DNA from: a virus
Direction: 5' to 3' (one strand)
IMG/VR virus record: IMGVR_UViG_3300031576_000009
Location: 37,721-101,720 of that record
DNA length: 64,000 nucleotides
Positions 35,592 to 45,331 of the stretch are shown here, in pieces. A model generated the notes under the pieces. The model ran no database searches. It was not told the DNA's origin and saw only the letters and a program-made list of their open reading frames with translations. A program made the position numbers and the translations under genes. Each line of letters starts with the position of its first letter. The first letter of the stretch is position 1.

Positions 35592-36710
35592 CTACTTGGT
35601 TGCGGCCTCGCCACCGTTCTTCGGCAGCGAGTCACGGATCAGGTTGGCGAGCAGCACGTTCACGAGCCCAGACCCCTGCTCACCAGTACCACCAGCCACG
35701 ACCTCGGGAACGAGCTTGAAGCCGCTGGTCGCGAGCTGTCGCGCGGGTTCATACGCGCCCCTGCGAGTGGCCTATACATTCCGACTGACGGTTCAGTACC
35801 GAGCCTCGGGGAACCAGTAATAGAAGGCGAGCCACGAGAAGCACGCCCCGAGGGCCAAACAACCGAGCGCGCCACCGATCCAAAGGGCCACCTGACGGCC
35901 GGCGACATTCTGGGGGAGGGCGGCGGTACATCGAAGCCACCCGAGCCCGAGCGCAGTGCTTGCAAGCGCAAGTGCAAGCGCTCCAGCCCCGCGGAATGGG
36001 TAACGGCGACGGTCAATTTCGTCGGCGTCGTCATCTTGTTCTTCTATGCGTGCTTCACCCTGTGGCAGGCGCGGGCCAGCGAGAAGGCGGCCATCGCGGC
36101 GAGGGATTCCGCCGATGCCACCAAGCAGAGCGTCGAGGCGCTGTCGCAACCGATCCTGCGCATGCAGGACGTACGAGCTGGAGATGGGACCATGCTCATA
36201 CGGCCAATGTTTGAGGATTTGACGGATGATCAGGCGGGGCCCCCCTATGCGGAGACTCACCGGCAGATAAAGTTCACGGTCACGAATATCGGCCGCGGCG
36301 TCGCTTCGCAGATTTACGTCGAAGGCTATTGGCAGACCTCTCGGGACGTCTCCAAAAATGTTCCGCTTGAGCGCAGTCCCGTTAAGGCGTTCGGGCACCG
36401 AAATCATCTCATGCATGCTCGCATCAGCAGCCAGGTTCTGGACTTTAAGGAGCACACCGAAGGCTGGGGCTACGTGCCGGAGCAGATAGCCAACCTCACC
36501 ACGCAGGGCGACGATCGCCCCATCAGGCAGCGTCTTCGTACTGCCGAACAGGACCCACTTCTTCGTCACGACCCCGATCTGATCCTCGGGCACGATCCAG
36601 ATGCCGAAGAAGCGCAGCACGGAGCGATAGAAGACCGCAGCGAGCAGCAGGATCAGGACCCACGAGTAGCTGAACACGGTCCACAGAACGTCATCGGTGT
36701 TCATGTACAT
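35592..36710 (-). pseudogene. disrupted SPFH/flotillin-like gene; chimeric ORF 35793-36710
   Basis: N-terminal VPEDQIGVVTKK...LPDGAIVALRGEVGY and in-frame C-terminal remnant FKLVPEVVAGG...GLVNVLLANLIRD flank ~0.7 kb unrelated DNA. Confidence 0.65.
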
Positions 36711-36725
36711 CCTCCTTGTTGGTTG

Positions 36726-37070
36726 CTAGTTGTCTTCGTCGATCAAGGTCCCATTCGCGCGCTTCAGTGACTTCGTACGGAAGAAGCCCATGTGCTCCGC
36801 GTACTGCAACATGAAGAGTCGCGCGTAGAACGGGAAGTGACAGTTGCTGATCTTGAAGCCCTGGTACCGCTCAGGGTTGATCGCGGTCTCCCACCGCAGG
36901 CGCTGCAGGATCAGGTGCGCCCCAATGTGCTGATGCCCCGCACGGATCACCTGTCGCGTGAAGCGACAGAAGAGGCTGTACACATCGGCGTGTCGACGAT
37001 GATAGCGGGCGAAGTTGCGGAAGTGCTTCGCCTCGCCGACACGATCCTTCAGCGCCCTGAGCGGCGTCAT
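36726..37070 (-). CDS. conserved phage hypothetical protein
   Basis: VY-LF...RLRWE...FKISN...YARLF...FFR. Confidence 0.8.
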   Translation of the reverse strand: MTPLRALKDRVGEAKHFRNFARYHRRHADVYSLFCRFTRQVIRAGHQHIGAHLILQRLRWETAINPERYQGFKISNCHFPFYARLFMLQYAEHMGFFRTKSLKRANGTLIDEDN

Positions 37071-38185
37071 GCTGCCTCTTCGGTCCCGGTCGGTGAACGT
37101 TCGCCGTCGCTCTCTGCGATAGGTTGCTCTCCTCTCTGGCCGTAGGGGCGCATGAGCCCCTTGCGGCACGCGTAGGCGAGGAACTTCATCCGCGCCTTGT
37201 CAGGGCCACCGAGCTTCACGATAAGTGCAGGCCAGGTCACCCGCGTGCACTCCTCCTTCACCTTGCGCAGACGGAAGAGGTAGCGCGTCTTGCCCGCTGG
37301 GCTCTTCTTCCGCTCCTTCAGGATGCCGAGTTCGAGTGCGCCATCGAACAGGTCCTGGAGCTTGTCGATGCCGTTCACAAACTTCATCGTGTAGATGGCC
37401 TCGCGGAACGGCGGCGCGACCTTGTTCTTGATGATGGTCAGCCTATTGAGAAAGCCGCTCTTGTCCTCCAACCGTTTCCCTCGCTTGATCTCCACACGCA
37501 CCGTCGCGCGATAGCGCGGCACGTTCCCCCCACGCGTCTCCATCTCCGGTCCCATGTGCGCCGGCCGGTAGTTTCCGCTCCCGATCTTTGTGGAGAGCTG
37601 AGAGACGCAGACGAAGAGGCACTTGTACCGTGCCGCCATGTTCACGACCTCGGGAAGCAACAGCGCGATGTCAGCTGCCGCCCGAGCGATCGAGCTCTCC
37701 CCTGGTGCCAGGTTCTGCACCTTGCTGGACGGACGCCCGTCGAGGCTATCGAGAATCAGCGTGTGGATCGCAGTGGGGTTCTCCTTCCCGAACTCCCTGA
37801 TGTGATCTCGTGCTGAACAGAGCGCCTCTTCGAGCGTCCGCGGGTAGACCAGCTCCAGGTCTTCGAGGTTGACGCCGATCTCCTCCGCACGCTCCTCGTC
37901 GAACACGTCCTCAGTGTCGATCAGAGTCGCATGGCCACCGAGCCGTTGGGTCTCAGCGATGATGTGGTGAGAGAGCGTGCTCTTCCCGTGCCCGTCGAGA
38001 CCCATCAACTGGAACATGCGGCCTCGTGGCAGCCCTGGACGCCCGATCGCCAGATCGAGCATCAAGGACTGCGTGGAGATGCCACCAGGGACGTAGCCGA
38101 GCGCCTTGGCTTCCTTCTTCGTCGGGAAGACATCGGCGCCGTACTGCTTACGCAGTTTGTTCCGGTACTTCGTCTTAAACTTCAT
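37067..38185 (-). CDS. recA: RecA/UvsX-like recombinase
   Basis: LDLAIG-PGLPRGR, GLDGHGKST, IDTE, LDS, GG, KNKVAPPFR. Confidence 0.95.
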   Translation of the reverse strand: MKFKTKYRNKLRKQYGADVFPTKKEAKALGYVPGGISTQSLMLDLAIGRPGLPRGRMFQLMGLDGHGKSTLSHHIIAETQRLGGHATLIDTEDVFDEERAEEIGVNLEDLELVYPRTLEEALCSARDHIREFGKENPTAIHTLILDSLDGRPSSKVQNLAPGESSIARAAADIALLLPEVVNMAARYKCLFVCVSQLSTKIGSGNYRPAHMGPEMETRGGNVPRYRATVRVEIKRGKRLEDKSGFLNRLTIIKNKVAPPFREAIYTMKFVNGIDKLQDLFDGALELGILKERKKSPAGKTRYLFRLRKVKEECTRVTWPALIVKLGGPDKARMKFLAYACRKGLMRPYGQRGEQPIAESDGERSPTGTEEAA

Positions 38186-38317
38186 CGTCCTCTTCCTTCA
38201 CGCCCATGATCGTCGGGTTCGGGCCACCCTTCCCTCGCCACCGGCAGTCCGCGCAGTAGAGCAGACACCACTTGATCTCCCGGCGACACCCTGGACACAG
38301 ATGATCGTACCGGCCCA

Positions 38318-39211
38318 TTAGCCCCGTAGCCTCCGGCGGCGCCGCTCGCTCGCACCGACCTTTGACCGCTGCAGCCGGCGCTCCCGCCACACCATCTTGC
38401 AGCGACGGCGCACCGGGCACTCGATGCAAATCGGAAGCCCACGCACACCGTACTTCTCGCGACGGTAGGCACGTGGCTTCTTGTAGGACTTGCCGAAGCA
38501 CGGGTACTTCTCCGAGCGCGAGCTGCGCTCGGTGTCCTCGTCGTCGCGGCGAGTCGCCCCACTGCTCGTTGGCGTCATCCCGAGCGCCGCGCGCATCTCC
38601 TGCGCGTTCGGCAGCGAGATGAACTTGCGGAGGTTCTTCACCTTGCGGAGCCAACGCTTGTTCTGGATGCGGGTCGCGGTGTGCTTCACCTTCGCATCGT
38701 ATAGCGGTGGCGCCTTGCCGCGATCGGTCACGATGATCACGACGTTCTTGCCACGCCGCGGATGGGTGAAGTCGCCACAGTCGGGATCGGCCCAGGCCGT
38801 CAGCATGTCGGTCATGACCTTGTCGCTGTACGTCCGCCACACCTGCACGCCGTGCTCGGGATGATTCAGGTCGACGAGGTTCATGAAGTACACGCTCTTC
38901 GCCTGTATCCGCTCGCTCATCGACACATCTTCCACGTCTTCGCTCGATGCGAGCTCCTCGGCCTTCTCACAGCCGGGGCACGGCTTGTTGGTCAGCTCCA
39001 GGCACGTGTGCACGGTCCCACGGCCCGTCTGCCCACCCCACGGGAAGTAGTGTTGCTTGCCCTCGAAGTAGAACGTCTCGTTGTCGCCCCACGGAAGCAT
39101 CCGGATGGGGTTCTCACCAGCCACGGGCTTCCAGAACCGCTTCCTTTTCTCGTTGAGCTCCTTCAACTTCTTGCGAATGGTATCGAGCCTGTTGCCGGTC
39201 GAAGAAATCAT
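38318..39211 (-). CDS. gp32-like single-stranded DNA-binding protein with basic Cys-containing tail
   Basis: FWKP...IRMLP...H...C...CPGCE...YFMN; position between pol and recA. Confidence 0.8.
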   Translation of the reverse strand: MISSTGNRLDTIRKKLKELNEKRKRFWKPVAGENPIRMLPWGDNETFYFEGKQHYFPWGGQTGRGTVHTCLELTNKPCPGCEKAEELASSEDVEDVSMSERIQAKSVYFMNLVDLNHPEHGVQVWRTYSDKVMTDMLTAWADPDCGDFTHPRRGKNVVIIVTDRGKAPPLYDAKVKHTATRIQNKRWLRKVKNLRKFISLPNAQEMRAALGMTPTSSGATRRDDEDTERSSRSEKYPCFGKSYKKPRAYRREKYGVRGLPICIECPVRRRCKMVWRERRLQRSKVGASERRRRRLRG

Positions 39212-40677
39212 GCCGCCTCCTTCACGTCCTCTGGATAGACCACCTGTGCTGATCGCTCCGCCTCACCCCAACGGTCAGCGGTACCGATCTCCATCGCGAA
39301 GCGGTAGTTGTCGAGCTGAGGAACTGGACGCGTCATCTCCTCAGACATGATCTCGCGCACAGCGCGACGCTCGGCGCGAGGATGCTCCACGATGATGTTG
39401 TCGTACACGAGATTCACCGGCCACGCCTTCATCCTGTACTTCTCGAAGCGCGCACAGATGCGGTTCATGGACCGGAACGTCAACTCCGCTGCTGCGTTCT
39501 GTGGAAAGAAGTCTCGGGCCTGCCGACGCAGGTGATTCAGCTGCGCCTCGTCGTGGTAGTCCGTCACCACGAAGCGACGCTTGCGGCCGAACGGGCTCGT
39601 GATCACCTTCTCCTGGATCGCGAGTTCCGCGATCCCGTCGAGGAAGCCACAGGTGAGCGGGAACTGCCCGGCGAAGCCCTCCATCGCTCCGGCGATCAGA
39701 TCGACGGGCGCTCCGGTGAACGCCGCGATGCCCTCGGCTGAGCCGCCGTACAGGAACCCACCGAAGACGATGCCCTTCGAGAGCGTACGGATGGTCTTGT
39801 TCGGCTTCTCGTTACGCGGGACCTTGAAAACGGTCCAGGCGACCTCGTTGTGGAAGTCACGGCGTTCCCTGAAGATCAGCAGCATCTTCTCGTCGCCCGC
39901 GATCACCGCGATCGCCACGAGTTCCGCCTGCTTCACGTCCGCACTCGTCAGCTCACAGCCTGGTGCCGCGATGAACATATCGCGCAGGCTGAAGACCTCG
40001 TCGTCCTTCAGCTCCAGGAACGGGTAGTCGTTGTGGTCCTTGTCGCGCGGCATGGTCGCGAGTGGCGGCTCCTTCGAGCTGACACGACCGCTGACCTGCG
40101 CGCCCACCTGAAAGAGCGTGTGCACACGGTGAGTCTTGTCGATCCACTTCTCCAGGCCGGGGGCGTAGTTGCTCTGCAGCTTCGAGGCACGCGCCCAGTT
40201 GATGCAGTGGCGCAGGATGGGGTGCTGGTACTTCTCGAACAGCTTCTCCAGGATTTTGCGATCGGTGGTGTACTGGCCGGTAGTCGTGAGGGGAACCTTG
40301 GGATCATCGGTGGGGATGCCCACGACATCGAAGATGACGCGGGCCTTCTGCGCAGGCGCGTTGAGGTTGATTCGCTCTCCGGCGATCTCTTCGATCTTCG
40401 ACTGAATCCGACGCGTGACGGTTTCGAGTCGATCCGCGATCTCGAACATGCGAGTCTTGTCGACGCGCATGCCCATGAGACCGGAGCGGAGCAGGTTGCT
40501 GCAGAGGGGACGCGAGGCGGTGTGGAAGTACTCCTTCATGCCCTGTTCCTTCAGTCGGCGCTTGAGCACCTTCCACACGCGAAACGCCGCATCCGCGTCG
40601 GTCGCAGCGTACTCGTGGAGGATTTCGGGCGGGATCAGGGCTGCATCCCGCGCGCCGAGTAGGCCACGAGATTTCAT
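39208..40677 (-). CDS. family A DNA polymerase, C-terminal piece (ExoIII + polymerase)
   Basis: YAATD (ExoIII), SGRVSS, motif A DVKQAEL, motif B R-LSKGIVFG-LYG, motif C VYD. Confidence 0.95.
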   Translation of the reverse strand: MKSRGLLGARDAALIPPEILHEYAATDADAAFRVWKVLKRRLKEQGMKEYFHTASRPLCSNLLRSGLMGMRVDKTRMFEIADRLETVTRRIQSKIEEIAGERINLNAPAQKARVIFDVVGIPTDDPKVPLTTTGQYTTDRKILEKLFEKYQHPILRHCINWARASKLQSNYAPGLEKWIDKTHRVHTLFQVGAQVSGRVSSKEPPLATMPRDKDHNDYPFLELKDDEVFSLRDMFIAAPGCELTSADVKQAELVAIAVIAGDEKMLLIFRERRDFHNEVAWTVFKVPRNEKPNKTIRTLSKGIVFGGFLYGGSAEGIAAFTGAPVDLIAGAMEGFAGQFPLTCGFLDGIAELAIQEKVITSPFGRKRRFVVTDYHDEAQLNHLRRQARDFFPQNAAAELTFRSMNRICARFEKYRMKAWPVNLVYDNIIVEHPRAERRAVREIMSEEMTRPVPQLDNYRFAMEIGTADRWGEAERSAQVVYPEDVKEAA

Positions 40678-41180
40678 ACGTGGCTCCAAAGCTTCCTGCA
40701 CACGATACGACGGCAGGTTGATGTGCTGACGCCAAAGCGCTTGGCAAGGCTTCCAGTTGATACGCCCTCTCTCGCCAGCACCCGTAGCTGCCGCACCTTA
40801 CGAGCGCTCAATCGTGCCGCTGCATTCCGCTCACCGCGCGGGGCGCGATGAGGGTGCAATCTGAACCCATGACGATCGCCACGAGCAGTTCTTCCCCTCT
40901 CATCACGATCACGCACATTGTCTAGATTACTGCCTTCGCGAAGATGAAGCGGTTGAACACACGGTGGATTGTCGCACGAGTGCAGCAGCTGCCTCATCGG
41001 CCACGTCCCATACGTCAAGTACCAGGCGACGTGCGTTGCACGTCGCATCTTCCCATCATAGCGAACCTGACCATAACCATCTCGATCCATCGACCTTACC
41101 CAAAGCCAACAGCTGTCAGGCGAGTCAGGCTGACGTACGCCTGCCCAAAACTCCTTGGGACCATTCGGACGTTGAGGCAT
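40674..41180 (-). CDS. HNH homing endonuclease inserted in polymerase gene
   Basis: CWLW, GYG, HSCDNPPCVQPLHL, DN, C-terminal HTH. Confidence 0.95.
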   Translation of the reverse strand: MPQRPNGPKEFWAGVRQPDSPDSCWLWVRSMDRDGYGQVRYDGKMRRATHVAWYLTYGTWPMRQLLHSCDNPPCVQPLHLREGSNLDNVRDRDERGRTARGDRHGFRLHPHRAPRGERNAAARLSARKVRQLRVLAREGVSTGSLAKRFGVSTSTCRRIVCRKLWSHV

Positions 41181-42310
41181 TATGCCGCCTCCTTCCGCTT
41201 CTTCTGCTTCCTGAGCTTCGAGAGCTTCTTGGCCATGCGTGTTTTGTAGTTGCCAAGATCGGTGAAGAGGAACGCAAGCGTCTCCAGGTCCTTGAAGCTG
41301 TTCTCGTCGATCAGGTTCATCATGACCAGGAGATCACGGAAGTTGATCTTGTACACGTCGATGTCGATCCGCGAGAGGAACCGTAGGTCGAAAGGTGCGT
41401 TCTGGATCACCCAGATCGTCTTGGGGTCCTCGAACTTGCGCTTCAGTCGACTGCGGATCACCTCCCACTGGTGCGCGGTCCAGACCTCGACGCGCTTAAA
41501 GCCGTAACGTGGTAGCACCCACGCCTCGTACTCCTTCCACGAGAAAGACATGCACTGGATGTTGGCCCGCTGGTAGTCAAGCGCGGTGCCCACGATTCGC
41601 TGGAGCTTCGTACGGAAGGCACTCGTCTCCGAGTCGAACGCGATCACCTTCTGACGATCGAGCTCATCGAGGAACACCAGGGCCTCTCCGAACGTCTGAC
41701 AGATGCGGTACACGACGGGGTGTCGTGGTGTTGCCCGGCCTCCTGTCGCGACGCGGTACGCGCGTTCCAGATCGCGTACGACGACACCCCGGTAGCCTTC
41801 GTTGCCACGGAGTAGGTACGCTGGATGGAAGGTCGGCAGCACCTTCGGCGCCGTTGGGAGGAGGTCGATTGGTTCATGGAGCTCTCCACGCGCCTTGGTG
41901 ATACCTGACTTCCCGACGGTTGAGCGAAGGGCCACGTCCCCGAGCGCCACCAATAACTTCGGAGCGACGCGCCGAATCTCGACATTCAGCCGCTGACGGC
42001 AACAGGCGATCGCCTGGTCGATGTCCTTCCCCTGCTTCTTCATGTCGATGGGGATTTGGCACTTCAACGCGTTGGCGATGTACACCTCGTCTCGGTCGAT
42101 CTTCGGCTCCGTCTCGTCGAGCAGTCCGTTCAAGTACTGCCCGGCTCGTCCGTAGAAGGGGCGACCCGTTCTCACCTCCTCCCAGCTCGGGGCTTCACCG
42201 ACGAACATGATTTTCGCGTCGGGTGGCCCTTCACTCATGACCATCGGGGCACGATAGAGAGGACACTGCTCACAGATGGCAACTTTCTCTTCTCGCAGTA
42301 CGCCGCCCAT
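41180..42310 (-). CDS. DNA polymerase N-terminal piece: family 4 uracil-DNA glycosylase + 3'-5' exonuclease (ExoI/II)
   Basis: CEQC, GEAP, GRPFYGRAG, FHPAYLLR; AFDSET (ExoI), QNAPFD (ExoII). Confidence 0.92.
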   Translation of the reverse strand: MGGVLREEKVAICEQCPLYRAPMVMSEGPPDAKIMFVGEAPSWEEVRTGRPFYGRAGQYLNGLLDETEPKIDRDEVYIANALKCQIPIDMKKQGKDIDQAIACCRQRLNVEIRRVAPKLLVALGDVALRSTVGKSGITKARGELHEPIDLLPTAPKVLPTFHPAYLLRGNEGYRGVVVRDLERAYRVATGGRATPRHPVVYRICQTFGEALVFLDELDRQKVIAFDSETSAFRTKLQRIVGTALDYQRANIQCMSFSWKEYEAWVLPRYGFKRVEVWTAHQWEVIRSRLKRKFEDPKTIWVIQNAPFDLRFLSRIDIDVYKINFRDLLVMMNLIDENSFKDLETLAFLFTDLGNYKTRMAKKLSKLRKQKKRKEAA

Positions 42311-43305
42311 TAGAGCACCCGCTCCATCGCACCACTCACAGACACTTCCCAGATTGAGGACCGATTCCCGTACTTTGAACGGAACGCACGATCCACGAGC
42401 TTCTGAAACAGATGGCGGGCGAAGTGATCTGGCTGCGGCTTCTCCGCTGGCAAGATCAGACCCGCCGTCGGATAGCACTCGCGGAGCTTCTCCCACGCTG
42501 CTCGTGCCGGAGAGACCTTACTACGGCCGGGGGTGTCCCACGCGTCGCGATCCCACGCGAGCACGATCTGTCGGATGTACCGCTTCTGATCAGCCAGACA
42601 CAGCAGTTGCTTCTCGGAGAGCTTCTTCCCAAACGTCGCGAGCCCCTGGTACATGAGCGCGGGGATCACACCTTCGACCAAGATCACGCGCCCCATCGTC
42701 AGGTACGCTTGTGGATATAGGACACGCGCTGATGGGAAGCCCCTCGGGAAGCGGTACTTCGGCTCCTCCTTACCGATCGTGCGCGCCTGGAAGCCGACGA
42801 GCTGATTGCCCCAGACGACCGGAAACACGACCCGTCGCGCGTATGGCCCTGTAGGGCAGTAGCGCAGCTGGAACGTGAGGGCCTCACGGATGCTGAGACC
42901 ACGCTTCTCGATGAACTCGATCGCCTCGGGGAACTTCCACGCGGGATGGCAGTGTGGTGGAAGCTCGCCGGGCAGTAGCCCGTCCGCAGAACGTTGACCG
43001 ACCTCGGTCGTCATGGCTCGCAGGTCCCGCACCTTCGGGGCGGCGTCGAGTTCGAACCGCTTCGGCAAGTTGAGATCGCGAATCAACCGCTCGAACGAGA
43101 AGTTCTCCTTGCAGCGCTGACAATGCCCCAACCGCTTCACCAGGTTGACGTACAGATGCTTCTCTTTACCGCAGTCGGGGCAGTCGAGCATCACCTCGTT
43201 CGAGTGGAACACGTGCTGGTACGGCACATGCGCCGCGTTCAGCATACGCAAGAGGATCGGCGTCTGTCGCGCCGGATCAGCTAGCCGGGTTGCTACCGTC
43301 GCCAT
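42310..43305 (-). CDS. DNA primase (zinc ribbon + TOPRIM)
   Basis: CPDC..H..CQRC, RVVFP, FQAR, KY, ILVEG, WDRD. Confidence 0.9.
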   Translation of the reverse strand: MATVATRLADPARQTPILLRMLNAAHVPYQHVFHSNEVMLDCPDCGKEKHLYVNLVKRLGHCQRCKENFSFERLIRDLNLPKRFELDAAPKVRDLRAMTTEVGQRSADGLLPGELPPHCHPAWKFPEAIEFIEKRGLSIREALTFQLRYCPTGPYARRVVFPVVWGNQLVGFQARTIGKEEPKYRFPRGFPSARVLYPQAYLTMGRVILVEGVIPALMYQGLATFGKKLSEKQLLCLADQKRYIRQIVLAWDRDAWDTPGRSKVSPARAAWEKLRECYPTAGLILPAEKPQPDHFARHLFQKLVDRAFRSKYGNRSSIWEVSVSGAMERVL

Positions 43306-43549
43306 CCTTGATGTCCTCGACCTTCGCGAGCCCCGACATGATGAGCGCCGAGGAACCGATGTCCATCAGGACCTGCAACAGAGGAGGAAGCTCCTTCATG
43401 TTGGCGAGTCCGAGCAGCATCAACATCGTGTCCCGCACGTCGATGATCGCTTCGAGCTTCGCCATCTCCACGTAGTACATCCGATCATCGCCCTTCTTGT
43501 TCTTGGCGACCTTGTGGAGCTTCTGGAAGATTTCCTCCTTGGTATCCAT
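43277..43549 (-). CDS. hypothetical protein
   Basis: Start re-called at MDTKEE. Confidence 0.65.
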   Translation of the reverse strand: MDTKEEIFQKLHKVAKNKKGDDRMYYVEMAKLEAIIDVRDTMLMLLGLANMKELPPLLQVLMDIGSSALIMSGLAKVEDIKDGDGSNPAS

Positions 43550-43550
43550 G

Positions 43551-44870
43551 CTAAACCATTGGTCGGGCATAGAAGGCCCCCTTGCTGAAGTTGGTTCGCA
43601 CCTTCATCGTGTGGCCGTCGCCACCGTGCGTGTACTTGGCTAGGTGCAGACGCGCGACCTCCTTCTTCTTCTCCTCCGGGGTGCGGTTGATGCTGACGAC
43701 CAGGGTTGCCTCCATCACCGCGCCGTACGACTCGGCGGTGTCCTCGACAGTCACGACCTCGTTCGAGCGCGATCCCCGGTTACCCTGGAACGCCGTCCAG
43801 CCGATGAGCCGGTACTTCTGGCAAAAGGCGATCCACTCGGACATCACGGACTGGAGCGCCAGGTAGCGGTTCTCCATCGTCTGCACGGTGTCGTAGAAGC
43901 TCGGGATCATGTAGTTGACAAAGTCGACCACGATCACGTGTGGCGTGAAGCCGTTCGCGATGCACTGCTGTACGTGCGCATCGAGCGTGTGTGGCCCCGC
44001 CTTGTGGCGCTGGAAGTACTTGAGCAGGATGCAGTCGCCGTAGATGCGGCCGAAGCGGGTCACGTTCTTCAGCACCGTCTTCGGCATATGCGCGAGATCG
44101 TGCTGCTTTACCCCACCAAGCGAGGCATCGAGTATCTCGGCGATGTCGTCCTCAGGGAGCTGCAACGTGTAGTAGATCACGTTGCGCCTCTGGAGCGCGG
44201 CTGCCTTCGCCAGGTGACAGAGGAAGCGGGTCTTACCCGCACCAGTAGGAGCGAGCGCGCACCCTGTCTCCCCAGACCGTAGGCCACCGTTGCGCAGCCG
44301 ATCGTCGAGCTGCTGGATCAGCGTTTTGACAACGAGCCGAGGAATCTTCAGCCGATTGCGTACACGCTGGCTGACAGTGGACACGTAGAACGTACCGATC
44401 CCAGTACCGTCCGAATCACCGTTCAGCAGTGCCTTGCCGAAGAGCGTACGAACACCACCGAGATCACCCTTCTCCATCAGCGGGAGCGCGTCGCGGTGGG
44501 CGATGATCAGCTGCTGCATCGAGGCAAAGTCGCGGGCGTGACGTAGCAAGAATTGCACCTCGGACTCACGTTTGATCCTGTGCTTCTTCAGCTTGCGGAA
44601 AATCTCACGGAAGAAGTTGCGTTCTTCACGGTCGGGGAGTTGGGAAAAGATGCGCTCGCGGAGGACGCGGCGCGTGGGAAGGTGGCCGAGCTCCCGGAAG
44701 GAATCCCGAAGCTCCTGCCAGACGAGCGGGATGCCCGGAGTCGAGAAGTGCTCTGGGGCGAGGATATCTAGCGTCGTCGCGAGCCGAGGATCGCCGTCGA
44801 TGATCCCCGCAGCGAGCGCGTACTGAAACCCGTCAGAGAGCGGTACGCGTTTGCCGACGGACGACTTCAT
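43551..44870 (-). CDS. DnaB/gp41-like replicative helicase
   Basis: APTGAGKT, VIVVDF, WTAFQGNR, AES. Confidence 0.92.
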   Translation of the reverse strand: MKSSVGKRVPLSDGFQYALAAGIIDGDPRLATTLDILAPEHFSTPGIPLVWQELRDSFRELGHLPTRRVLRERIFSQLPDREERNFFREIFRKLKKHRIKRESEVQFLLRHARDFASMQQLIIAHRDALPLMEKGDLGGVRTLFGKALLNGDSDGTGIGTFYVSTVSQRVRNRLKIPRLVVKTLIQQLDDRLRNGGLRSGETGCALAPTGAGKTRFLCHLAKAAALQRRNVIYYTLQLPEDDIAEILDASLGGVKQHDLAHMPKTVLKNVTRFGRIYGDCILLKYFQRHKAGPHTLDAHVQQCIANGFTPHVIVVDFVNYMIPSFYDTVQTMENRYLALQSVMSEWIAFCQKYRLIGWTAFQGNRGSRSNEVVTVEDTAESYGAVMEATLVVSINRTPEEKKKEVARLHLAKYTHGGDGHTMKVRTNFSKGAFYARPMV

Positions 44871-45279
44871 CGATGTGCGTTATGAACTTGCTGGTGAACA
44901 CGCCGCTGTTGCGGACGATGGGCCAGACGACGCGCAGCGGTTCAGCACGCGCTGCACAGAGGTGATCGAGCGTGTCTTCTTCGTGCTTCCACCGAACGCC
45001 CTTCTTGACGACCAGCTGACGGCGCTCCTCCCAGGCGAAGTACATCTTCCAGACCTTCTCGCTGACGAAGTGCTCGGGGAAGGTACCAGCGCCAAAGTAC
45101 GAGAATACGGCCCAGGCGAACCGGGCTGTATCAGCAGGGTAGCCGCGCTCCTGTAGCTGCGACAATTTGACGGCTGCGCGCTTGAAGAAAATGACCTTCC
45201 GTGAGCTCTCGCGGAAGATGCGTGGGAAGGAGTCCCCGCACCACCGTCGTTTGAGCTCCGCGTAGAGCTTGAGCAGCAT
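44833..45279 (-). CDS. hypothetical protein (start uncertain; helicase-loader position)
   Basis: Between the two helicases. Confidence 0.6.
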   Translation of the reverse strand: MLLKLYAELKRRWCGDSFPRIFRESSRKVIFFKRAAVKLSQLQERGYPADTARFAWAVFSYFGAGTFPEHFVSEKVWKMYFAWEERRQLVVKKGVRWKHEEDTLDHLCAARAEPLRVVWPIVRNSGVFTSKFITHIDEVVRRQTRTAL

Positions 45280-45331
45280 GGACGCCCGCTGCTGATCGCG
45301 GGGCGAGAGCGCGAAGGCTGTGCGCCTGGCG

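Noticed and set aside
40674-41180. Group I intron or intein in the polymerase
   Set aside because: The HNH ORF overlaps both flanking ORFs with no spacer for P-elements; it is out of frame and lacks intein C/S...HN termini.
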